From a virus, in IMG/VR virus record IMGVR_UViG_3300020165_002937: DNA of 64,000 nt; one strand, 5' to 3'. The notes under the pieces were generated by a model. It was given only the letters and a program-made list of their open reading frames with translations, was not told the origin of the DNA and searched no databases. The translations under genes and the position numbers were made by a program. This document shows, piece after piece, positions 56,274-64,000 of the stretch (position 1 is the stretch's first letter; each line of letters opens with the position of its first letter).

Positions 56274-58166
56274 ATGCATAACTTGCAAAACATTTTAGAA
56301 AAAGAGTATAAGAAAAAATCATCGGCTCAAAATTTTGAGACTTTGGTTGATCTAATTGAAGAGATTTTTGAAATTGATATCAATGAGGCTCCCGCAGTTA
56401 CCGGCGCGCCCGATGTATCACAGTTAGATGACCGAGCTGCACAACAGATGATTCTGAAGATGATCCCGGACATCGCAGTCTCAGAGATTGGATGGTCTGA
56501 TGTGTCAACTAACGATAAAGGTGACGCAATTAGTGGCCCACAAAGACAGCTGCTGGTCCAGTTTTTAAAGAACGTTGATGGCTCAGATTTTGCAGAAAGA
56601 ATTAAATCAGTATCTAGCTTCTATACGTCTGGTGCGGATATGTATCAGCAGTCGGGTCTAGATAACGGTGATATGATAGCTAAGACTATTTCTTACTTAG
56701 TTTTCTATAAAACGCTCACAAAAATAATTACTAACTTTAATGCGTCGTCAGCCGGCTTCAGTTTTGAATCTTTTTTGGCTGCATTGGTCGATGGTGAGCA
56801 GATCCCAGCTAATACCGGTACCATTGCCGATTATATCGACAAAGCAACCGGGACAGACATACCAGTAAGCTTAAAGCTCTATCGAGAAGGTCAACTGGAA
56901 GTTGGCGGAAGTTACACGGATCTTGTCAACGATCTCGCAAACCCACAGTGGCCAGATTTTGGTAACAGAATGCGTTATGTCATTTGTACTAAAGTTCTCT
57001 CAGGGGATGGCTTAGAACAAGAAGGTCAAATAAAGTTTTGGCAGTTTGACTTTACTTTAGAAAATGTATTAAATATTTTAGCTAATAGCAAAGCAACTTC
57101 ACAAGAGTGTATCCGGCTATCACGTGGAGTAGTTGGAACCCTCCAAGCTGGTCAGCGAAGAGACCTTGAAAATATCCTAGGACTTCCCGAAAAAGAAGTT
57201 TTCCCGCCAGCCGAAGAATTAGAAAGAGAATTCTCAGACTTCTTAAGAAACATTATTCGCAGCTATGCTCAAGCAAACCCACAATCCTACTTCAACAGGA
57301 TAACACCAGAGGCTGAAAACGAATTGATCAATGATCTTCAGTGGGCCCAAAATGGCAGCGACCCTCTGTTTTTTCCAATCACAATTAAGGTAAAGGACGA
57401 TGAGTCTGGCGAAGTCCAGGTCATCGATAAGGGAATCATCCGCGGCCAGTCTAAAATGGTAAGCAAAGCTGTTAAAGATTGGCTGGAAAGGAAGTATTCT
57501 GTGATCGAAAATGATGAAGAAATGCAGCAGCTTTTCCAAGTTACTGATGAGGATGGTTTTACAACAAAGGAAAGAAACCAGCTAGCACGTGAGTTCAAAG
57601 CTCAACTTGATAAGGCAATCCGCGGCGCTAACCAACAGTTGGTAGACAAATACAAACCATCTGAAAAGAAAAGCGAAAGAAATAGAATGCTTGACGATTA
57701 TTTAAAAGAAGGTGAGTTCTTGTCACCTTCTGAATCGGCACGTATTTACGGACAGCTAAATTCAGATCAACAAAAGATAGCGCTATTGAATTCCCTAGGG
57801 TATCTCAGGACTCTGCACTTTTCTCTCAATCAAAAACAAGCTACTAACCCAGAAAAGCCAAATTGGCAAAGTAGAGAAGAGCCAAACCCAAATAACCCCA
57901 AGAAGCCAAAGACAATAAGCGGCGGTACCGGCGCGATATATTTGGGAGAAATAAACGTTGGCACAAAATATGTGGCCATGGCCATTAAGCAAGTCAGGGA
58001 GATACTAAACGAAAAGGTTGCCCAAATCTTCATAAGTCTCAAGACTTTGTCGGAAAGTTTAAACTCGTATTTTGCCGGCGGCCTAAAGAATGACTCCGAT
58101 GCCGGCGCCGCTGTATCCAATGCAGAAAATATTGTCACAAAAACTGAAAAAACACGCAATAAATAA
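56274..58166 (+). CDS. Large hypothetical protein with PD-(D/E)xK nuclease-like motif
   Basis: GFSFESFLAAL...IAD...VSLK; late box at 56210. Confidence 0.5.
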   Translation: MHNLQNILEKEYKKKSSAQNFETLVDLIEEIFEIDINEAPAVTGAPDVSQLDDRAAQQMILKMIPDIAVSEIGWSDVSTNDKGDAISGPQRQLLVQFLKNVDGSDFAERIKSVSSFYTSGADMYQQSGLDNGDMIAKTISYLVFYKTLTKIITNFNASSAGFSFESFLAALVDGEQIPANTGTIADYIDKATGTDIPVSLKLYREGQLEVGGSYTDLVNDLANPQWPDFGNRMRYVICTKVLSGDGLEQEGQIKFWQFDFTLENVLNILANSKATSQECIRLSRGVVGTLQAGQRRDLENILGLPEKEVFPPAEELEREFSDFLRNIIRSYAQANPQSYFNRITPEAENELINDLQWAQNGSDPLFFPITIKVKDDESGEVQVIDKGIIRGQSKMVSKAVKDWLERKYSVIENDEEMQQLFQVTDEDGFTTKERNQLAREFKAQLDKAIRGANQQLVDKYKPSEKKSERNRMLDDYLKEGEFLSPSESARIYGQLNSDQQKIALLNSLGYLRTLHFSLNQKQATNPEKPNWQSREEPNPNNPKKPKTISGGTGAIYLGEINVGTKYVAMAIKQVREILNEKVAQIFISLKTLSESLNSYFAGGLKNDSDAGAAVSNAENIVTKTEKTRNK

Positions 58167-58167
58167 T

Positions 58168-58196
58168 TTGACAAAATTGACAAATGGGAATATAAT
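58168..58196 (+). promoter_or_regulatory. Perfect sigma70 promoter TTGACA-17-TATAAT
   Basis: Exact consensus upstream of groEL. Confidence 0.85.
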
Positions 58197-58222
58197 ATAT
58201 ACTATACTTACAAGAGGTTTTA

Positions 58223-59812
58223 ATGAGTAGAGAGTATGATAACGAGCAAAGTCTTCAAAAAAGAATAATGGCGGGTGCTGATGCAATTGCCGATAACGTT
58301 GGTTCCACGTTAGGGCCGAGAGGCCGCAATGTGCTTCTAAAAGAAAAAGATGGCACGCCGTTTATTACCAAAGACGGAGTGACAGTGGCTCACTTCGTTG
58401 CATTAAGAGACGAGTTTGAGAACGCCGGCGCCGAAATCATAAGGCAAGCGGCGATTGAAACAAACAACAATGCAGGCGATGGGACAACAACTTCGACTGT
58501 GTTAGCGAGAGCAATTCTTCGTGAGTCACAAAAATATATAGCTTCGGGAATTTCGCCGATAGAGATTCAACGAGGAGTACTTCTTGCAGTTAAAGAAGTC
58601 GCGAGCAACTTGAAGGATATGGCAAAGCCAGTCCGGACTGTTGAAGAAGTTACGGATGTCGCCTCGATATCCGCAAACAATGACAAGAGCATCGGCCGCC
58701 TCATATCAACTGCGGTTGATAAGGTTGGCCAAGACGGCGCCATAACCATCGAAGAGTCTCGCTCGCTTGAGACTAGCTTAGATATCATGGAAGGCTTTAG
58801 ACTTAAAGCTGGCTACTGTGCTGGGGCTTTTGTGACTGATGAGCGCCGGGCTATCATGCAGCATGACGAGCCAATGTTTTTGATTACCGACTATAAAATA
58901 ACAATGGTCGACCAAATTCTTCCAATTCTTGAGTTAGCGGCAAGAGAGTCTCGGGCACTTATTATTGTCTGCGAAGAGATAGAAGGGCAAGCATTAGCAG
59001 CCATCATTATGAATGCAATGCGGGGTTCCCTCAAAGTAGCAGCCATAAAGGCTCCGATGTACGGAGAAGAGAGAAGATCCATACTTGAGGACTTAGCTTC
59101 ATCCACAGGCGCCAATTTCATTACCAGAACTAGCGGTACGAAGCTGCAACAGGCAAAGCTAACTGACTTAGGTTCCGCCCAGAGCATTGAAAGTACCAAG
59201 CTGTCGACTACTATTATTGGCGGATCGTGCGATTATGAAGCAATCGAGACAAAGATCGAATCGCTTAAAGAGCAAATGAGAACAACAGACGAGTTAGCCG
59301 CGGCCACATCTATTCAAGAAAGAATTGCTAGGTTGGCTAGCGGAGTGGCGGTAATTCGTGTTGGGGGCGCCACGGCGGTAGAAGTTACGGAGAAGAAGCA
59401 TCGCATCGAAGACGCACTAGAGGCAGTTCGTTCTGCGCAAGAGCAGGGTATTATCCCCGGTGGTGGTTGCGCGCTCTTGAGAGCATCCAGGACTATGACT
59501 ATTAGTACCGTTCATGGAGAAGACCACACAGATCAGATAGTCGGAGCAGTCATTGTCAAGAAAGCTTGTCAAGAACCTATTAGGCAGATGGCGTTAAACG
59601 CTGGCGAGTCCCCGGACCTTATAGTAGATTCAGTCTTAAAAAAGGATACTGAATTTGTGTGGAACTTTAGGGCCGGCGAGCTGAGTGACTGTTACGAGTC
59701 TGGGATTATAGATCCCGTTAAGGTTACTATTTCCGCATTACAAAATGCAGCTAGCTGTGCCAGCACGCTAATCACTACAAATTTTGGCATCATCCAGACA
59801 GAGGATAAGTAA
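58223..59812 (+). CDS. groEL: Chaperonin GroEL
   Basis: TLGPRGRNV, ITKDGVTVA, GDGTTT, ERIARLASGVAVI, GIIDPVKV; no GGM tail. Confidence 0.95.
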   Translation: MSREYDNEQSLQKRIMAGADAIADNVGSTLGPRGRNVLLKEKDGTPFITKDGVTVAHFVALRDEFENAGAEIIRQAAIETNNNAGDGTTTSTVLARAILRESQKYIASGISPIEIQRGVLLAVKEVASNLKDMAKPVRTVEEVTDVASISANNDKSIGRLISTAVDKVGQDGAITIEESRSLETSLDIMEGFRLKAGYCAGAFVTDERRAIMQHDEPMFLITDYKITMVDQILPILELAARESRALIIVCEEIEGQALAAIIMNAMRGSLKVAAIKAPMYGEERRSILEDLASSTGANFITRTSGTKLQQAKLTDLGSAQSIESTKLSTTIIGGSCDYEAIETKIESLKEQMRTTDELAAATSIQERIARLASGVAVIRVGGATAVEVTEKKHRIEDALEAVRSAQEQGIIPGGGCALLRASRTMTISTVHGEDHTDQIVGAVIVKKACQEPIRQMALNAGESPDLIVDSVLKKDTEFVWNFRAGELSDCYESGIIDPVKVTISALQNAASCASTLITTNFGIIQTEDK

Positions 59813-60024
59813 TGCAAGAAGGTGATCTCGTCCATATTCCACAGGGAACAGAGTTGTGGCTTGAGACTGAAAAAGGAATGAGAATGCGGATATCTGAAAA
59901 GCCTATAGCCGGGGTTTACTTGAGCAAGGCCAGTCAATATATATATCGCGTTTATGCCAATGGCAATTGGAACGTTAAGAGAAAGGACGTGTACCCGATG
60001 GGAGAAGATAATGGGGTTAGTTAA
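59812..60024 (+). CDS. Small hypothetical (SH3-like beta) protein
   Basis: TAATG overlap; GDLV start. Confidence 0.6.
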   Translation: MQEGDLVHIPQGTELWLETEKGMRMRISEKPIAGVYLSKASQYIYRVYANGNWNVKRKDVYPMGEDNGVS

Positions 60025-60304
60025 ACTTACGGAAGTGTGTCACAATAGCACGCTAACGACAAAACAGGATTATACATTGAGAGAGGTGTTTGTGAACCCC
60101 GAGCACGTAGTGATGATCAGGGAAGAAGCGCGCATGCAGCAATTAAACGAGCAGGGCCTTTTAGCTGAGGAGCTAGACCCCAGCCACAAGTTCACTAAGC
60201 TGACCATCAACAGGGGTCAAACAGGAACAGAAATCGTTGTCGTGGGCGCCCCCCACATCATCGAGAACTCACTAAACAGTAGAAAAAGACTAATAAGAGG
60301 ATAA
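60011..60304 (+). CDS. FlbD-like small protein
   Basis: LVKLTE..VFVNPEHVVMIRE pattern; GGAG SD. Confidence 0.5.
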   Translation: MGLVKLTEVCHNSTLTTKQDYTLREVFVNPEHVVMIREEARMQQLNEQGLLAEELDPSHKFTKLTINRGQTGTEIVVVGAPHIIENSLNSRKRLIRG

Positions 60305-60305
60305 T

Positions 60306-60872
60306 ATGTCACGGATAAGTATACAATATTCAATTGAAACCGACGAGCTTGAGAACGAAATGTTTCGGCTTATCGAAAATTCATTAAAGAAGCTAGACAG
60401 TGCTACCGAGAGCCTGCATGCTATAACAAAAAAATTCAAGGGAGATAACGCACTCCTTAGTTCGGAAACTACGGCTCGATTGTCACTTGTGAGGCAAAAG
60501 CTAGCAGATGTAGACTTTACTATAGGTGACGCTACTAATATAATCGGAGGATATGTGAACTATCAGATTGAATCTCAAATGGCTGCAGCTAATGCGCCTT
60601 CTGAGATGTCTGAAAATTATTCACAAGAGGGCGCCCCGCCTTCCACTCCCACTCCGGAAATGTATGAGCATGAGCTTGAGGATCCGCAACTTAACCCATA
60701 TACAAAGAACGGCACATCTGAAATGGTAAAAGATCTGGACGCATTTGAAAATTTAGTAGAAAAAATAACCAGCATGAGTGAAGATGAGTTGCACAAATTC
60801 CGCGGATTTTCTCAAGACCAGCTTTTAAGCAGTTTTATGGATTTAAAAGATTCTGCTGATAATGGGGGCTAG
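60306..60872 (+). CDS. Hypothetical coiled-coil protein
   Basis: 188-aa ORF, GAGG SD. Confidence 0.7.
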   Translation: MSRISIQYSIETDELENEMFRLIENSLKKLDSATESLHAITKKFKGDNALLSSETTARLSLVRQKLADVDFTIGDATNIIGGYVNYQIESQMAAANAPSEMSENYSQEGAPPSTPTPEMYEHELEDPQLNPYTKNGTSEMVKDLDAFENLVEKITSMSEDELHKFRGFSQDQLLSSFMDLKDSADNGG

Positions 60873-60874
60873 TC

Positions 60875-61663
60875 TTGCGTAGCCCACTAAAAGAATATAC
60901 TTCTCTTGCAAAAACGCTAACTCAGATCAAGAATATAATACCGCCTGATTCCTTTATTCACTCGACGGGCTTGTACGCAGCCGAGCTAGAACTTAAGCTG
61001 GCAGCCGATCGACGTATGGTCTTTGCTCATTCTACAAATTGGCTTATCTATGAATTCTGGAAGGCGGTCATAAATAACCCCCAGACAGTTGCGCAGATCG
61101 CACTAGATTTAGCTCCAATCCCGACAGCATATATGTTTAAATGTTATCAAGAAGACTGGCCCTGGTATGATGGCACTGAGCAACGCGCTGCTTTGACATT
61201 CTTACTAAACAGATATTCTAGCCTAAATATGGCCTCGGCAGGCGAATTAAAAGAAGAGCAGTTCCAATTTCATTATATTACTCAGCTATCCAAGATGCGA
61301 TTAGAAAAAAGTCCATTTGATGTAGTCTATCACCGAGATTCTGATACCAAAGGATTGCTAGAGCAAACAGCGAATGAAGTTCGTAAATATAAAAACGGCT
61401 ACATGCTTCTTTTGATGAGAAAATATATACATGATTATTACGACGATGTTAGTACACAAGGTTATGATGTAGAACATTTTAGCCACCAGAACACACACAA
61501 GTTTCTACTGGAAACCAAAGATATTCGATGGGTGGTAGCTTATAAAAATAGCGCCCAAATAAGAAAAATGTATGGAGACTACAACATAACTATGATCGAT
61601 AAATACGGAAACTCAACAGCCGATAGTTTACAATGTGAGGAGATGATAATTGCCAACTTTTAA
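60875..61663 (+). CDS. Degenerate D12/Dam-type methyltransferase homologue
   Basis: EFWKAV, RAA..LLNR, W..AY....IRKMY..Y, EMIIANF retained; FxGxG and DPPY absent. Confidence 0.6.
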   Translation: MRSPLKEYTSLAKTLTQIKNIIPPDSFIHSTGLYAAELELKLAADRRMVFAHSTNWLIYEFWKAVINNPQTVAQIALDLAPIPTAYMFKCYQEDWPWYDGTEQRAALTFLLNRYSSLNMASAGELKEEQFQFHYITQLSKMRLEKSPFDVVYHRDSDTKGLLEQTANEVRKYKNGYMLLLMRKYIHDYYDDVSTQGYDVEHFSHQNTHKFLLETKDIRWVVAYKNSAQIRKMYGDYNITMIDKYGNSTADSLQCEEMIIANF

Positions 61664-62003
61664 TATAATTTTTGCTTGTTTCTTGTTCGCTTTGGGGCAA
61701 ACACTGGGCTGGTTCCAGCTAAACTCTCAATTTGTTTGGGAATGGTGGAAAGATAAGCCAATACTATCTGCTATTGTTTACTCAGTTCCTACGGGGATAT
61801 GTTTTTGGTACGGCATTAAGCTGTGTTACGAAGAATGGGGAGAAGTTTGGGGGCCTAGGTTTTTAATCTTTTGTATGTCATACTTAACCTTCCCAATTTT
61901 AACTTGGCATTTCCTAGGTGAGAGCATGTTTACTACCAAGACGATGGTATGTGTATTTCTTTCGTTTTTGATAGTTGGCGTCCAACTATTTTGGAGACAG
62001 TAG
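61650..62003 (+). CDS. Four-TM membrane protein (SMR/DMT-like)
   Basis: Four hydrophobic helices, 117 aa. Confidence 0.6.
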   Translation: MPTFNIIFACFLFALGQTLGWFQLNSQFVWEWWKDKPILSAIVYSVPTGICFWYGIKLCYEEWGEVWGPRFLIFCMSYLTFPILTWHFLGESMFTTKTMVCVFLSFLIVGVQLFWRQ

Positions 62004-62762
62004 GTGAGCAAAATATTTCTTTTTGATGTCGATGGTACACTGACTCCCGCTAAGTCTAGGGTAGATAATAAGTTTTCAAAACAATTTTTAAACTGGATGG
62101 CCAATAAAGAAGTTTACATCGTTTCCGGTGGCTCCTTTGTGAGAATTATTGACCAGCTTGGTCTTGATATTGTAGGTAAAACTTCGGGTGTCTTTGCCTG
62201 TATGGGTAATATTTTTTATAGACAGATAGATAACATCAATCCAACTGGGTTTGATGATTGGCAGATAGTTTACGAAAATAAGTTTAAAGCGCCCCGGGGG
62301 TTGTATAAAGACTTGTGCGCTGCGGTAGAAGAATCAGGGTACTATACCAAAACCGGCAACCACTACGAAGAAAGAGTTGGAATGGTGAATTTTTCTATTG
62401 TTGGTCGAAATGCTAACGAAAAAGAACGCAAAGAATACGCTGATTACGATTCTGAATATAACGAACGTGCCAAGATAGTAGAGAGGCTAAAGCAAAAATA
62501 TGATCGCCTCGACTTTGTAATTGGTGGGGCGGTTAGCATCGATATATTTAAAATAGGCTCGGATAAGTCTCAGGTAATCGACAAGTATTTTGAAGAAGCC
62601 ATACAGTCAAATAAAATAGTTTTTGTTGGAGATAGAATAGAATTTCCCGGTAACGATTACTCATTGGCAACATCACTGCAGCAGCATCAAAATGGCTCTG
62701 TATACGAGGTTGAAAAATGGGAAGACACTGCGGAACTATTAAAGACTAAGGCTTTTGCGTAG
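62004..62762 (+). CDS. HAD-family phosphomannomutase-like protein
   Basis: FDVDGTLT, VSGGS, ERVGMVNFSIVGR, GGAVSID, FVGDR..PGND. Confidence 0.88.
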   Translation: MSKIFLFDVDGTLTPAKSRVDNKFSKQFLNWMANKEVYIVSGGSFVRIIDQLGLDIVGKTSGVFACMGNIFYRQIDNINPTGFDDWQIVYENKFKAPRGLYKDLCAAVEESGYYTKTGNHYEERVGMVNFSIVGRNANEKERKEYADYDSEYNERAKIVERLKQKYDRLDFVIGGAVSIDIFKIGSDKSQVIDKYFEEAIQSNKIVFVGDRIEFPGNDYSLATSLQQHQNGSVYEVEKWEDTAELLKTKAFA

Positions 62763-62777
62763 ATACTGATAAAAACA

Positions 62778-62787
62778 ACTATTTATA
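62778..62787 (+). promoter_or_regulatory. Putative late promoter box ACTATTTATA
   Basis: Same motif as in the virion module. Confidence 0.6.
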
Positions 62788-62804
62788 GTGATGGAGTTTA
62801 ATTA

Positions 62805-64000
62805 ATGGATATTTCTACAGGCAGTTGGTTCGAGTATCTTCGAGAAGAAGTTTTAACAGAGGGGTTGCGAGACATTGGTTTACCTGAACCCATCGTTGAC
62901 TTTATTGAAGATGGGATGCCAGACGCACCTGAAAAGTCGAAGATGTATGTCGGCAATAGGTGGAAAGAGCGTACGTTGACTTATGGGTCACAGAGGATAG
63001 CCGCACAATCTTGGGAGAACTTCATTGAACGTAATTTTAAAGACCAAGTTCAAATTCAGACGCCCTCGGACGAAAGCGACGAAGAAGCAAGAGCGAACGT
63101 AGGCAAAAGCCCGATGATCGCTAGAACAATGACTCCGTATTACGTTGGTGGTGTCGACGGCAAGCCTGTTGTACGCAAGATGTATGACGATGAAACGGTC
63201 AAACAAAACGAACGCATTGTCCTCGTTGTTCTTAATGTAAGAAACGCTTTTAGTAAACCAGCTGGTACTTGGCGTAAAGTTTTTATGAAAGCTGCCAAGG
63301 CTTTAAGTAAAGCCGGCCTGCCCTCCGAGAAAGTAGAAGTAGTTAAAAATGAGCTAGCCCGCATCAACATGTACAAGTTCCGGGATTGGTGGAACCAATA
63401 TGACCTATTATTTGCTTGGCTTAATGACGAAGCAACAAACTACGATGTAATCAAAGACGAAGAAGATATTAATACAGCCTTCAACATAGCTAAGGAGGAT
63501 TTACAAGGTAGCGAAAAGCCTGATCAGATTATTCACCAGTTTGAGGAGGGATTTTACTGGTATAACCTCAAAAAATCCAATTGCTCTGTTGAAGGTGAGC
63601 GTATGAACCACTGCGGTACCGATGGCCGGGGAACACTCGTATCGCTTCGCAAGGCTATGACCCCAGAAGAAGAAGCCGAGCTTTCTGTCTCAGACCGGCG
63701 ACGTCTGGGAACATCCAATTCTTTCATTACGATGACGGTGGAAGGCTCCACGCTTTACCAGATCAAAGGCTATGGAAACAACGCACCCGAATCGGATTTT
63801 TGGAAATACCTCGACTGGTTTATCGATGATCAGAACATAGAATATGTTGGAGAGACCGGGGAACATTCGAGCGATGTCCGCGGTTTTCAAGAAATGAACG
63901 AATATCTTCAATCGGAACACCCAGATGTTGAGTTTGCAGGTGTTTTAAATATTGAAGAGATGCAAGAGGCCGTTGACAGGGCTGTTAATAATCACGAGGG
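62805..64000 (+). CDS. Large protein with PcfJ-like motif (3'-truncated; not in ORF track)
   Basis: MDISTGSWFEYLREEVLTEG...; EGERMNHCG..LVSLR..YQIKGYGN; open to window end. Confidence 0.7.
   Translation, partial: MDISTGSWFEYLREEVLTEGLRDIGLPEPIVDFIEDGMPDAPEKSKMYVGNRWKERTLTYGSQRIAAQSWENFIERNFKDQVQIQTPSDESDEEARANVGKSPMIARTMTPYYVGGVDGKPVVRKMYDDETVKQNERIVLVVLNVRNAFSKPAGTWRKVFMKAAKALSKAGLPSEKVEVVKNELARINMYKFRDWWNQYDLLFAWLNDEATNYDVIKDEEDINTAFNIAKEDLQGSEKPDQIIHQFEEGFYWYNLKKSNCSVEGERMNHCGTDGRGTLVSLRKAMTPEEEAELSVSDRRRLGTSNSFITMTVEGSTLYQIKGYGNNAPESDFWKYLDWFIDDQNIEYVGETGEHSSDVRGFQEMNEYLQSEHPDVEFAGVLNIEEMQEAVDRAVNNHE

Noticed and set aside
943-63920. All minus-strand ORFs and alternate-frame plus ORFs in the track
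   Set aside because: They lie within well-supported + strand genes, lack SD or family motifs, and look like antisense shadows.
1-64000. tRNA/rRNA genes, introns, inteins, stop-codon recoding
   Set aside because: No cloverleaf or splicing motifs seen; DnaE, NrdJ and helicase are uninterrupted; genes pack tightly in the standard code.

Overview
A 64-kb piece of a large T4-like (myovirus) dsDNA phage genome. All credible genes are on the + strand and read in the standard code. Bases 1-30.8 kb are a virion module: prohead protease, ribosomal protein bS21, five paralogous fibre-like proteins, scaffold, gp23-type capsid, neck, sheath, tube, chaperone pair, tape measure and baseplate. These genes are preceded by a recurrent CTA(T/C)TTA late-promoter-like box. 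Bases 30.8-64 kb hold replication, metabolism and proteostasis genes under consensus sigma70 promoters: mini PolA, divergent tubulin, gp32, UvsX, 5'-3' exonuclease, helicase, NrdJ, DnaE, QueF-like, two ClpP, GroES/GroEL, Dam, GuaB and PMM. A MYXO-CTERM-like protein and a DTA-rich lipoprotein suggest a Myxococcota/deltaproteobacterial host. Top candidates for novelty: (1) four covarying, gene-32-type H-pseudoknot elements at every gene junction from gp32 to uvsX; (2) a probable +1/-2 frameshift joining the gp26/gp51-like tail chaperones; (3) strong over-representation of GCCGGC; (4) a hydrophobic-[ST]-[GA]-S motif enriched in virion proteins; (5) several enzyme homologues lacking catalytic motifs. 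All calls come from motif recognition by eye; no database searches were run.
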